The notes: a model not told the origin generated them from the sequence alone. A stretch of DNA of 63,813 bases, filler included, from 5 parts of 5 records of this genome joined end to end with filler, not necessarily neighbours in it; one strand, 5' to 3'; shown: positions 20,244 to 30,366, counted from the first letter of the whole stretch. Made by a program: numbers and translations.

Positions 20244-21017
20244 ATGGAAAAAACATTCTCGATCAACCGAAAATCTTATCAACCGGCCTATGCGCAGATT
20301 GTTGACGCCATTCGGCAGCAGATCGCTTCAGGCGCGTACCCTCCGGGCACGCGCTTGCCTTCCGAGTCCCAATTGCGCAAACAGTTTCAGGTAAGCTCGG
20401 TAACGGTGCGCAGGGCCGTCAGCGTCCTGGTGGATCAAGGCGTGGTGGATACAACCCAGGGTAAAGGGTCTTTTGTAAAGCCGCTGGAGTTCAGCAGCGT
20501 CTCTTTTCAACTCAATGCGCTTCAAAAAATTTTTGAAGACCGTGAACATACCCAGGTAAAGCTGTTGTTTGCCCGGATCATTTCGGCGGATCGATCCCTG
20601 GCGGAAAAATTGCCCGTGGCCCAAGATGACCGGGCGATTCATATTCGGCGCCTCATCAGCAACCATCACACACCTTTGATCTACCACCATCAATATATGA
20701 TTTACGATCCCAGCCGGCCCATTGTGGAGGCCGAACTGGACCTCACTTCACTGGGCGGTCTGTTTACGGGGTCGGGGAAGACCCACCTGAAAAACGGTCT
20801 TTTGAATTTGAGGCCGGCCGCGCTCAATGAAGATGAAGCCCTCCATCTTAAAGGGCAATCAGGAATGCCCGCATTTTGTCTGGAACACACTTTTTTTGAT
20901 CTGAAGGATCAACAAGTGAGCTGGGGATGGTTCATCTTTCTGGAGAAGCGACTGAATTTCAGTGCAAAGGTCGGTGTCTGGCCGGAAACCAAAGGAGAGC
21001 AAAATGCCCAACCATGA
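20244..21017 (+). CDS. GntR (HutC/UTRA) transcriptional regulator
   Basis: RLPSE..L...F.VS..TVR.A wHTH, QGKGSFV, UTRA-like C-terminus. Confidence 0.9.
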   Translation: MEKTFSINRKSYQPAYAQIVDAIRQQIASGAYPPGTRLPSESQLRKQFQVSSVTVRRAVSVLVDQGVVDTTQGKGSFVKPLEFSSVSFQLNALQKIFEDREHTQVKLLFARIISADRSLAEKLPVAQDDRAIHIRRLISNHHTPLIYHHQYMIYDPSRPIVEAELDLTSLGGLFTGSGKTHLKNGLLNLRPAALNEDEALHLKGQSGMPAFCLEHTFFDLKDQQVSWGWFIFLEKRLNFSAKVGVWPETKGEQNAQP

Positions 21018-21669
21018 CGACCTATTCCCGGAGGCCGGCCGCCTCATGCATTCACTGCTGGCCCTTGAAGAGCGCAAATCGCTGGCTCTGGTGCAAAAAC
21101 TGGTTTCGGACGGCGTCGATCCCCTTCAAATCGTGGAAAGTTGCCAGTCCGCCATGAGGGATGTGGGAACCTACTATGAAACAGGCCGCTATTACCTTTC
21201 CGGCCTGATGATGGCCGGCGAGATATTGCGTCAGGTCATGGAAATGGTGCTTCCCGTTCTCAAGGAACGGATTCAGGGATCCTGTTCGGGCAGGGTGCTC
21301 ATCGGAACCGTGCAGGGTGATATCCACGATATCGGAAAAAACCTGGTGGCCATGCTGTTTCGCTGTCACGGTTTCGACGTCCTGGATCTCGGCGTGGATG
21401 TGCCGCCGCCGGAATTCATTGACCGGGCAAGGGCGTTTCTCCCGGATATCGTCGCCATGTCGGCGCTGTTGACAACGGCTCACGACGCCATCAGGGAAAC
21501 CATCGGGCTGTTTTTGGATCAATCGGTCACGGAATCAAGGGGGCTTAAGACCATCGTGGGCGGCGGATTCATGACGGAACAAGTGTGCCGTTATGTGGGA
21601 GCCGACTATTGGGCGCGGGATGCAATGACCGGCGTGCGCTATTGTCAGAAACTGATCTCCGAAAAGTGA
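21004..21669 (+). CDS. Second corrinoid-binding protein
   Basis: GDIHDIGKNLV, MSALLT, VGGG; ATG 21004 overlaps the gntR end. Confidence 0.9.
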   Translation: MPNHDDLFPEAGRLMHSLLALEERKSLALVQKLVSDGVDPLQIVESCQSAMRDVGTYYETGRYYLSGLMMAGEILRQVMEMVLPVLKERIQGSCSGRVLIGTVQGDIHDIGKNLVAMLFRCHGFDVLDLGVDVPPPEFIDRARAFLPDIVAMSALLTTAHDAIRETIGLFLDQSVTESRGLKTIVGGGFMTEQVCRYVGADYWARDAMTGVRYCQKLISEK

Positions 21670-21694
21670 CCGGGAATGGGAATCACATATGGTT

Positions 21695-21992
21695 CTACAG
21701 TGGATGTGAGGAGAAATCCCCCTGCCCCAGAAGCGGCGGAAGAATCTCCAATCCGGGCCTCCCGCCCAGCACCGCCTCGATCAAGGCAAGTTTTGCATTT
21801 GATTCAAGATTCGGATAATGAATCCTGACCCGTTTGGGCTCCAGGTTGAAACGTCGCAAACGGACCAGCATTTCAGCCAGGCGGACCGCCGGATAAATTA
21901 ATGCAAACCGTCCTTTTTTGGCGAGGAGCGTTGCGGCAGCTTCCAGGGGATCATCCAGGGAGGCCAGGATCTCATGCCTGGCAATGGCCTTT
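21695..21992 (-). CDS. tRNA1(Val) A37 N6-methyltransferase family, C-terminal part (truncated by contig end; not in ORF track)
   Basis: Manual translation KAIARHEILASLDD...LLAKKGRFALIYPAVRL...LEPKRV...LALIEA...LPPL. Confidence 0.75.
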
Positions 21993-22092
21993 NNNNNNNN
22001 NNNNNNNNNNNNNNNNNNNNNNNNNNNNNNNNNNNNTTAATTAATTAANNNNNNNNNNNNNNNNNNNNNNNNNNNNNNNNNNNNNNNNNNNN
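21993..22092. other. Artificial contig linker
   Basis: N44-TTAATTAATTAA-N44 (stops in all six frames). Confidence 0.98.
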
Positions 22093-22719
22093 CCAGGGAA
22101 GAAACGGCTCCTCCTCAAAACAGAGGGCCAGCAGCGCATCATACTCTTCCCGGGTGGATACGATCAATGGATTCCGGCCCTGATCAAGGGCCTTGAAAAA
22201 GTCGCTTTTCACCGAAGTCAACACCCCTGCCGAATCAAACAATCCCAGGGACAGGATCTGTTCCGGCCGGTTTCGCGAATAGATCAGGGACACAAGCCCT
22301 CCCATGGAATTTCCCGCCAGATGAAACCGTGTGAGGCCAAGCTTGCCAACCGCCGCGGCCAGGCGCCTTTCCATGCTGATCACGTCGTAAGCTCCGGCGA
22401 AATCAAGGGAACTCTCCCCATGTCCCGGAAGATCCACCGCGATCACCCGAAAGGATTCTGGAATATATCGTGCAAACCTGAGCCAGTTGTCCTTATCCGC
22501 CCCAAAACCGTGGAGGAACACCATCACCTCCCCGTCCCCCTCCCGTTCCAGGTAACAAAGGGTCCGCCCCTCCACCATGACGGATTTTTTCTCCATGCCC
22601 GATTTGCTCCGTTCCATGGAAAGTCCGACCCTGAACACCGGTTCCTCGATGATACTGCATCCGCTACAAAACAATAAGGAAACAAAAATCAAGATTGTAA
22701 TTCGTAATTGTAATTTCAC
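22093..22719 (-). CDS. Alpha/beta-hydrolase (lipase/esterase), probable lipoprotein, 3' truncated
   Basis: LHGFG, DLPGHG, GNSMG nucleophile elbow; lipobox-like SGC. Confidence 0.88.
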
Positions 22720-23155
22720 TGCACAGACCTCCTGTATGGGGACGTTCCGGTATTACTGCCTGACTCATACCCATTTCATGGTGAGGCCAAAAACACAATA
22801 TTTTTTTTTGCCTTAACCATTTTCGCAGCCTGTTACAGCCCATGATCTCCCGGGGACCGATTCATTTTGAACTTGACAAAAAGACCCACAAATAGTTCAA
22901 TTGTTACGGGATGCGGAATCGAAAGCATATGTCATAAACGTCCTTATTATCAGGGTTATATTTAACGAATTCACCATACGATAAGAATTGTTTTATCTCA
23001 CTCTGTTTCGCCGGTTTCCATACAATCTCCCAGATCCCCTATCGCCAGCAAAAACAATCCGTTTTTTGGCTGAAACAAGATGTTACCCACATAGCGATGG
23101 TTTAAGATAGCCTTTATCACTTATCACCTACCGATCTTTTTTAAAGGGGTGGGGA

Positions 23156-24922
23156 ATGGAAAAAGTCCTGCAAACCTGGCTGTTTCATCAATGCCGGCAG
23201 CTGTCCGGATCGATACATGCCATGTTGTTGACAAATCCATCCGATGAAGGGCCGGACAAGCGGGTCCTGTTCTGGCCGGACAACCAGCGTGATCACACGC
23301 GGCTGTCCCGGGTTGCCCGGACGGCATTGCGCACGGGCCAGCCGGTGATAAAGCCCCACAATAACGAGATGAAAAAGACCGGTGAACCGCTGGATACCCT
23401 GGCCTGCCCGCTGTTTTTAAAGGGCCTGGTGTTCGGGGCGGTGGCCGTCGAGATGACCAACCGGTCCAAGCCCATGCAGGAAACAACGGTGGACCAGCTC
23501 AAGGCCGGTGCGGCATGGCTGGAAACCATGATTCTGCTGCATAACTCAACGTCCAGGGACCAACTGATGAATCTTGTGGACCTGGTTGCCTCGGGCCTTG
23601 AACAGGAACGGTTCAGACTGGCCGCAAGGGAGGTGACCAACGAACTTGCCCGACGTTTTTCCTGCAAGCGGGTGAGTATCGGTTTTCTGCGTTACAACAC
23701 TGTAAGGGTCGAGGCCCTGTCCCATTGTTCCCGGATCGACCAGCATTCCACCCAGGTTCAGGCCATCCGGGATGCCATGGCCGAATCCCTGGACCAGGGC
23801 GCCACCATGGTGTATCCCCCGGATCCCAACGCCCCCCCGATGGTCACCCGGTTCCATGCACAGCTGGCCAAAACGCAACATGGAACGGCCATATGCACCT
23901 TGCCACTGGTAAGAAACAACAAACCTGTCGGCGCAATGCTGCTGGAGCGCACCGTGGAGACCCCCTTTCCACCGGAAACGGTGGTGCAATGTGAGCAGAT
24001 CGGGCTGCTGCTCGGGCCGGTGCTGGAGACCAGAAGAAGGGACGAACGGCCCTTGCACTCAAAACTCCTTGAATCCTTGCGAACCGGGTTGGTCAAACTG
24101 TTCGGTCCGCGTCATCTGACGCTGAAAGCGACCGTCTTTGCGGGCGCAATTCTTCTGACCTGGCTTTCCATGGCCACCGCCATGTTTCGCATCTCCTGCG
24201 ATTCCGTGCTGGAACCCGGGGTCTGCCAGGTGGTGGTGGCCCCCCAGCAGGGGTATATTGCCCAGGCCCATGCCCGGGCCGGGGATCTGGTTCAGGCGGG
24301 GGATCTGCTGGCGACCCTGGATGACCAGGATTTGCTTCTCGAACAACGCAAATGGCAAAGCCAGCGGGCCCGGCTGCTCAAGGAATACCGAAAGGCACTG
24401 GCCGGCTTCGACCGCGCCGAAGTGGCCATTCTCAAAGCCAGGCGCGCCCAGGCCGAAGCCCAGCTGGAACTTACGAAAAAGCAGCTGGAACGCACAACCC
24501 TTGTGGCCCCGTTTTCCGGCCTGGTGGTGAAGGGCGACCTGAGCCAGGCCCTGGGTTCACCGGTCACCCGGGGCGAGGTGCTGTATGAAGTGGCTCCCAC
24601 GGGCCAATACCTGGTTATCCTGAAGGTGAATGACCGGGATATCGGTCTGGTCTCACCGGGACAAAGGGGGAAGTTGAAACTGTCCGGCATCCCCGACCAG
24701 ACCATCGCCATCACCATTGACCGGCTGACACCCGTGTCAACACCTGAAGAGGGACGCAACTACTTCCGGGTGGAGGCGACCATGGAAACACATTCGGATC
24801 TCATGCGCCCCGGCATGGAAGGCATCTCAAAAATAGAGATCGGCCGGCAGAAGCTGCTCCGGATCTGGGCCCGGCCATTGATTGAACGGCTGCGCCTCTT
24901 TTTCTGGAAACGGTTACCGTAA
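23156..24922 (+). CDS. GAF-domain HlyD-type membrane fusion protein
   Basis: Two GAF-like regions, one TM segment, VVAPQQG...GD.V..GD.L barrel-sandwich, coiled hairpin, APFSG.V, LMRPGMEG. Confidence 0.82.
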   Translation: MEKVLQTWLFHQCRQLSGSIHAMLLTNPSDEGPDKRVLFWPDNQRDHTRLSRVARTALRTGQPVIKPHNNEMKKTGEPLDTLACPLFLKGLVFGAVAVEMTNRSKPMQETTVDQLKAGAAWLETMILLHNSTSRDQLMNLVDLVASGLEQERFRLAAREVTNELARRFSCKRVSIGFLRYNTVRVEALSHCSRIDQHSTQVQAIRDAMAESLDQGATMVYPPDPNAPPMVTRFHAQLAKTQHGTAICTLPLVRNNKPVGAMLLERTVETPFPPETVVQCEQIGLLLGPVLETRRRDERPLHSKLLESLRTGLVKLFGPRHLTLKATVFAGAILLTWLSMATAMFRISCDSVLEPGVCQVVVAPQQGYIAQAHARAGDLVQAGDLLATLDDQDLLLEQRKWQSQRARLLKEYRKALAGFDRAEVAILKARRAQAEAQLELTKKQLERTTLVAPFSGLVVKGDLSQALGSPVTRGEVLYEVAPTGQYLVILKVNDRDIGLVSPGQRGKLKLSGIPDQTIAITIDRLTPVSTPEEGRNYFRVEATMETHSDLMRPGMEGISKIEIGRQKLLRIWARPLIERLRLFFWKRLP

Positions 24923-24927
24923 GAGGA

Positions 24928-27078
24928 ATGATGAACCAATCGCTGTTCAGCACATATTGGTTTCGTGTCGCAAACCTCAAGCCAATGCTGCGGGATTCCA
25001 CCAAAATTTTCCGGCATGTCTACAAGGGCCAGCCCTGGTACGTGCTGATGAACAGCCTGAATGGGCGCAATCACCGGTTCAATGGGGCCGCCTACGCCAT
25101 GATCGGCCAAATGGACGGCACACGAACGGTTCAGGAGATCTGGGACAATGCCTGTCAACGGGCTGGCGATGCCGCCCCGACCCAGGATGAAATCATTCTC
25201 CTGCTCGCTATGCTGCACCAAACGGATCTGATCCAAAGCGACATTCTGCCCAGCACGGCGGAACTGTTCCGGCAGGCCCGGGGAGGGGCGGACAATAGTT
25301 GGAAAAAGCGGATTTCCAACCCGTTCTCCATGCGGTTTCCCCTCTTTGATCCGGACCGGTTTCTGAACAAATGGGGCTTTCTCACGGCGCCCCTGTTCAC
25401 CCGGGGAGCTTTTTTCGCCTGGTTGCTCATGGTGGCGGCGGCCATGGTGGCGGCAGGACTCAACTTTCCCGAATTATCCGGCAACCTGGCCGACCGGCTC
25501 TTTTTGCCCCGGAACCTGCTGCTGCTCTGGCTGGTTTTTCCCCTGGTGAAGTTGTTCCACGAATTCGGTCACGCCTTTGCCGTAAAAAAATGGGGGGGCG
25601 AGGTGCATGAGGTGGGAATCATGCTGCTGGCAATGACCCCCATCCCCTATGTGAATGCCACCGCCTCCGCCTCTTTTCCCGAGAAACGGCACAGAATCGC
25701 CGTTGCCGCAATGGGAATGGCCGTGGAGTTGCTGCTGGCATCCCTTGCGCTGCTGGTCTGGCTGAATGTGGAAACCGGCCTGGTCAGCGCCATTGCCTAT
25801 AACGTCATGCTCATCGCCGGGGCCTCCACCGTGCTGTTCAACGGCAATCCCCTGCTGCGATACGACGGATACTACATCCTGGCCGACCTGATCGAAATTC
25901 CCAATCTGAGCCAGCGCTCCACCCGCTATCTCGGCTATCTGTTCCAGCGCTATCTGCTGGGGATTGAAACGGCTGAATCACCGGTTACCGCCCCCGGGGA
26001 AAGAATCTGGTTCCTGGTTTACGCCCCGGTCTCCTTCTGCTACCGTATGGCCGTTCTGGTGGGACTGATGCTTCTGATCAGCAGCCGTTTTTTCGGCCTG
26101 GGGATGCTGATTGCCCTGTGGGGGGGCATCAATCTGTTAATCCTCCCTCCGGTCCGCACCCTGTCCCGCTTCCTGAACAGCCCGGCGGGACGCAGCCGCC
26201 GTACCCGCCTGGCCGCCATGGCCATTGGGCTGGCCCTGGGGGGGGCCCTCCTGTTTTTCATCCTCCCGGTTCCCCTCCGGACCGCCACCCAGGGAGTGGT
26301 CTGGCTGCCTGAACAATCAGCGGTCAGGGCCGGCACAGATTGCGAGGTGGTTGAAGTGCTGACACCTGTGGAAGCGTTCGTAACCAGGGATGTTCCCCTG
26401 ATCCGTGGGACCGATCCCTTTCTGGACGCGGATATCGAAATTTACAAAGCCCGCCTGGAGGAACTCTACGCCGCTTACAATGCCCAGCCGCGCCACAAAC
26501 GGGTAAAACGGAAAATGCTGCTGGAAGAGATCCAACGGATCAAAAAGGATCTGAAGCAAGCCGAGGCGAAACGGGAGAAGCTGGTGGTGCACAGTCCGGC
26601 CCAGGGCCTGTTTATTTTGATGGAAGCCCGGAACCTGCCCGGCCATTTTGTCAAAAAAGGGGAACTCCTCGGTTATATCCTTGCGGAACAATCCCCCACG
26701 GTCCGGGCCGTGGTTCGCCAGGCAGATATCGGGCTGGTGCGGAAAAAGGTCACCGGGGTGGAGGTGCGGCTGGCCGAACAACCGGGAACACCCATCCGGG
26801 CCCGGATCAAACGGATTATCCCGGCAGCGGCCCTTAACCTGCCGTCGGCGGCCCTGGGCACCGCAGGCGGCGGAGACATCCCCATGGATCCCACCGATCC
26901 GGAAGGATTGCGGGCCCTGGTAACCCATTTTCAGCTGGATCTCAGCCTGCCGGAAGGGATAAGGACGCCCCATATCGGCGGAAGGGTCTTTGTACGCATC
27001 GAGCATGGGGCCATGCCCCTGGCCATGCAGTGGTACCGCAGGTTACGCCAACTGTTTTTAAGGAAGTTTTATGTTTAG
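24928..27078 (+). CDS. M50 (site-2) metalloprotease fused to an N-terminal PqqD-like domain and a C-terminal MFP-like domain
   Basis: HEFGH and NGNPLLRYDG zinc motifs in a TM region; MDGTRTVQEIW PqqD-like pattern; C-terminal G..V..G.LLG barrel-sandwich. Confidence 0.85.
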   Translation: MMNQSLFSTYWFRVANLKPMLRDSTKIFRHVYKGQPWYVLMNSLNGRNHRFNGAAYAMIGQMDGTRTVQEIWDNACQRAGDAAPTQDEIILLLAMLHQTDLIQSDILPSTAELFRQARGGADNSWKKRISNPFSMRFPLFDPDRFLNKWGFLTAPLFTRGAFFAWLLMVAAAMVAAGLNFPELSGNLADRLFLPRNLLLLWLVFPLVKLFHEFGHAFAVKKWGGEVHEVGIMLLAMTPIPYVNATASASFPEKRHRIAVAAMGMAVELLLASLALLVWLNVETGLVSAIAYNVMLIAGASTVLFNGNPLLRYDGYYILADLIEIPNLSQRSTRYLGYLFQRYLLGIETAESPVTAPGERIWFLVYAPVSFCYRMAVLVGLMLLISSRFFGLGMLIALWGGINLLILPPVRTLSRFLNSPAGRSRRTRLAAMAIGLALGGALLFFILPVPLRTATQGVVWLPEQSAVRAGTDCEVVEVLTPVEAFVTRDVPLIRGTDPFLDADIEIYKARLEELYAAYNAQPRHKRVKRKMLLEEIQRIKKDLKQAEAKREKLVVHSPAQGLFILMEARNLPGHFVKKGELLGYILAEQSPTVRAVVRQADIGLVRKKVTGVEVRLAEQPGTPIRARIKRIIPAAALNLPSAALGTAGGGDIPMDPTDPEGLRALVTHFQLDLSLPEGIRTPHIGGRVFVRIEHGAMPLAMQWYRRLRQLFLRKFYV

Positions 27079-29083
27079 TTCATCCCTTGCAGAAGACATC
27101 AAAGCCATGCGCCCCGGTCCCATCGCGGGCCAGTATCCCCAGCGGTGCAGCCGTGAAGACGGATGGCTCGAGGACGCCTTGGGCGCCCTTAAGGGAACGC
27201 TGATGCGGCTGACCATGGACGGCCTGACAAGCCTGCCCGGAATCGCCGCGAGCATCAGCCGCAGGGGAGAAGCGTTGACCGGTCTTGACAACACAGCTCT
27301 CAACGCCCTGGGGGTAAAATTGCGCCATGATTTCCTCCGCCGGGGGCTGGTCCCACGGCTCTGCATGGAATCCTTCGCCCTGATCCGGGAACTTGCCATG
27401 CGATCAATCCGGTTGCGGCATTACGATTCCCAGGTCATGGCCGGCTGGGTGATGCTCCAGGGCCGGCTTGCGGAAATGGAAACCGGAGAGGGAAAAACCC
27501 TGGCAGCCACCTTGGCAGCGGCCACCGCGGCCCTGGCCGGAATCCCTGTCCATGTGATCACCGTCAACGAATACCTTGTGGAACGGGACGCGGCCGCCAT
27601 GGCCCCCCTCTACCGGGCCCTGGGCCTGACCGTGGGGGTCGTCATCCAGGCCATGGCGCCGGAACGGCGCCGGGCCGGGTACGGGTGCAATATCACCTAT
27701 TGCACCAACAAGCAGGTGGCCTTTGATTATCTGCGGGACCGGCTGCTCCTCGGCAACACCCCCAGCCGGTTGCGGCTGCAACTGGAACCGGCCTATTCCG
27801 ACAATCACCGCCTGGGCCGGTTTCTGCTGCGCGGACTCTGTTACGCCATTGTGGACGAGGCGGACAGTGTCCTGATCGACGATGCCCGTACCCCCCTTAT
27901 CATAACCCGCAACACCGACGGCCAGGCGCAACACGCGATTTATCAACATGCCCTGAACCTGGCCGGCCCCATGGAACCCGGACGTGATTTCTTCCTGGAT
28001 CCCGGACGACACGGGGTACGGCTCAGCCTGGCCGGGCAACAGCGGCTGGCAGGTCTCCACCGGTCCGAAAAAGGGCTGTGGCAAAATACCCGCCACCGGG
28101 AAGAACTGGTCTGCCAGGCCCTCCATGCCCTGCATCTTTTGCACAGGGACCGCGACTACCTGGTGCACGAGGGCAAGATCGTGATTATCGATGCCAACAC
28201 CGGGCGGACAATGCCTGACCGCTCCTGGGAACGGGGGCTCCACCAGCTGGTGGAAGCAAAAGAAAACGCTCCCCTGACCGGGACCCGCGATCAGTTGGGA
28301 CGGTTGACCTATCAACGTTTTTTCCGCCGTTACCTGCACCTTGGCGGCATGACCGGAACAGCCCGGGAAGGCGCGTCCGAACTATGGTCGGTATACCGGC
28401 TCAAGGTCCGTGGGATTCCCCTGCACCGCCCCTGCCGGCGCCAGGAGCTGCCCCCCCGGATTTATCCCCGGGCCGGAGAGAAATGGGCAGCGGTGATCAA
28501 TGCGGTCAAGGGGATGCAACGCCGGGGAAGACCGGTGCTGATCGGTACCGGTTCGGTGGCCGATTCAGAGTTGTTGAGCCGACGACTGACTGCGGCAAAG
28601 ATCCCCCACCAGGTATTGAACGCCCGGCAGGATAAGGAGGAGGCACGGATTATCGCGGCCGCCGGCAGGCAGGGGCAAGTCACCGTTGCGACCAACATGG
28701 CGGGCCGGGGCACCGATATCCCCCTTGCCGGCGGGGTGGCCGCCCTGGGAGGGCTGCATGTCATCGCCACCTGCCGTAACCGGGCCAGACGAATAGACCG
28801 ACAGCTCTACGGACGCTGTGCCCGCCAGGGAGACCCCGGCAGTTTTCAGGAAATTCTTTCACTGGAGGATGAATTGATCCAACAGAACTGTCACCCGGCG
28901 CTGGTCAAATTTATGGGTCGGCCCTGGACAATGGCCCGCCGGTTTCAAGGCCAACTGAATCTGTTCATCATAGGACACGCCCAACGGGGCATCGAACGCC
29001 GGCATCGCGAAAACCGGCGAACACTTTTGCAGCATGACCGGCAGACCGGCCGGCTGCTGGCATTCAGCGGTCCTCTGGAATAG
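27071..29083 (+). CDS. Short SecA-like DEAD ATPase (accessory; lacks the C-terminal SecA domains)
   Basis: EMETGEGKT, TVNEYL..RD, FDYLRD, IVDEADSVLID, GMTGTA, ATNMAGRGTDI, RIDRQL.GR..RQGDPG, SLED; only 670 aa. Confidence 0.9.
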   Translation: MFSSSLAEDIKAMRPGPIAGQYPQRCSREDGWLEDALGALKGTLMRLTMDGLTSLPGIAASISRRGEALTGLDNTALNALGVKLRHDFLRRGLVPRLCMESFALIRELAMRSIRLRHYDSQVMAGWVMLQGRLAEMETGEGKTLAATLAAATAALAGIPVHVITVNEYLVERDAAAMAPLYRALGLTVGVVIQAMAPERRRAGYGCNITYCTNKQVAFDYLRDRLLLGNTPSRLRLQLEPAYSDNHRLGRFLLRGLCYAIVDEADSVLIDDARTPLIITRNTDGQAQHAIYQHALNLAGPMEPGRDFFLDPGRHGVRLSLAGQQRLAGLHRSEKGLWQNTRHREELVCQALHALHLLHRDRDYLVHEGKIVIIDANTGRTMPDRSWERGLHQLVEAKENAPLTGTRDQLGRLTYQRFFRRYLHLGGMTGTAREGASELWSVYRLKVRGIPLHRPCRRQELPPRIYPRAGEKWAAVINAVKGMQRRGRPVLIGTGSVADSELLSRRLTAAKIPHQVLNARQDKEEARIIAAAGRQGQVTVATNMAGRGTDIPLAGGVAALGGLHVIATCRNRARRIDRQLYGRCARQGDPGSFQEILSLEDELIQQNCHPALVKFMGRPWTMARRFQGQLNLFIIGHAQRGIERRHRENRRTLLQHDRQTGRLLAFSGPLE

Positions 29084-29097
29084 GAGATAAAACATCC

Positions 29098-29777
29098 ATG
29101 GTGATTATACGCAAAACAACCTTTTTCACCCTGACGCTAACCGCCATTTCGATGTTGTGGATTACGGCAGTATGGGCCGAAACAGTGGAATACGACGGCC
29201 TGATCGAACCCGATCTCATTGTCGAGATCGGGGCGCCTGCAGAAGGAATTGTCACCAGGGTAGCGGTCGATCGCAGCAGTCCGGTAACGGAAGGAGAAAC
29301 CCTTGTGGAACTGGAATCCTCGGTGGAACAGGCGGCGTTGGAAAAAGCGGAAGCCCTGGCCGCCTTTGACGGCGAAATCCGCCTGCATCAAACCCAGCTT
29401 GCGTTTACCAAACGGGCTCACCAACGGGTTAAACAACTTGAAGCGGTCTCCACCCATGACAAGGACATGGCCGCCACCGAGATTATCCAGACCCGACATC
29501 GCCTGAAAAAGGCCCGGGAAAAGCGCACCCTGGCCCGGCTGGAGCTCAAAAAGGCCCGGGCGGTGCTGGCCCTGCGCTCCATCAAAAGCCCGATCTCCGG
29601 CGTGGTGGCGGAGCGCTATGTTTCCCCCGGCGAATATGTCAACAGCCAGCCCCTGCTCCGGGTGGTCAAGATCGACCCCTTGCGGGTCGAAGTGATCGTT
29701 CCCGCCCGGATATTCGGCAGGATCACCCCCGGCATGACCGCGGCCATTATTCCGGAACTGCCGGAATACGGGGAAAA
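29098..29777 (+). CDS. RND/HlyD-type periplasmic adaptor (MFP), 3' truncated
   Basis: Signal peptide, G.V..V.V, coiled hairpin, IKSPISGVV, PGEYV, DPLRVE. Confidence 0.88.
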
Positions 29778-29877
29778 NNNNNNNNNNNNNNNNNNNNNNN
29801 NNNNNNNNNNNNNNNNNNNNNTTAATTAATTAANNNNNNNNNNNNNNNNNNNNNNNNNNNNNNNNNNNNNNNNNNNN
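29778..29877. other. Artificial contig linker
   Basis: N-run with TTAATTAATTAA; GC content drops sharply across it. Confidence 0.98.
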
Positions 29878-29925
29878 TCAAAGTTTTACTTTTGAGACGG
29901 CCTCTTTATTTTTTATGATGTTTGC

Positions 29926-30306
29926 CTATAGTGCATTTTCAATTGCTTTTTTGATATTGTCAAAGGCATTATCATCTTTTACAACGTAGTTGGCAGCATT
30001 CTCACGTACAAAGTCGTAAACAAGATTTCCATCTTCCTGTCCACTTAAAATAATAACTTTTACCTTGCTGTCTTTCTTTTTTATTTCCTTTAAAATATCT
30101 AAACCATTCTTAGCATTTGGATTTTCACTGTTTAAGAAATAATCTAATACAATAATATCCGGGTTAAGATGCAAGTGATCAAGACATTCTTCTCCGGACT
30201 GAAATCCTATGATGTTATATTTTTCATCATCAACCAGACTTTCTTTAAGCATTTCTAAAAAGATAAAGTCATCATCTACTAGTAAAATGGTATGTTTGTC
30301 ACTCAT
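29926..30306 (-). CDS. Single-domain response regulator (REC)
   Basis: LVDDD, VLDY, LSG, VVK. Confidence 0.92.
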   Translation of the reverse strand: MSDKHTILLVDDDFIFLEMLKESLVDDEKYNIIGFQSGEECLDHLHLNPDIIVLDYFLNSENPNAKNGLDILKEIKKKDSKVKVIILSGQEDGNLVYDFVRENAANYVVKDDNAFDNIKKAIENAL

Positions 30307-30366
30307 ATTGTCAGATTTTGATTACAAAATTAAAAATTGTGTAATAATATTCAAGTCAATAAAATG

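Noticed and set aside
27071-29083. Housekeeping secA
   Set aside because: Too short, lacks the C-terminal domains, and is embedded in an MFP operon
1615-29506. Many long overlapping or antisense ORFs in the track (e.g. 5092-6231, 6964-8112, 8433-9494, 27404-28339)
   Set aside because: Shadow frames of GC-rich genes with no recognisable motifs
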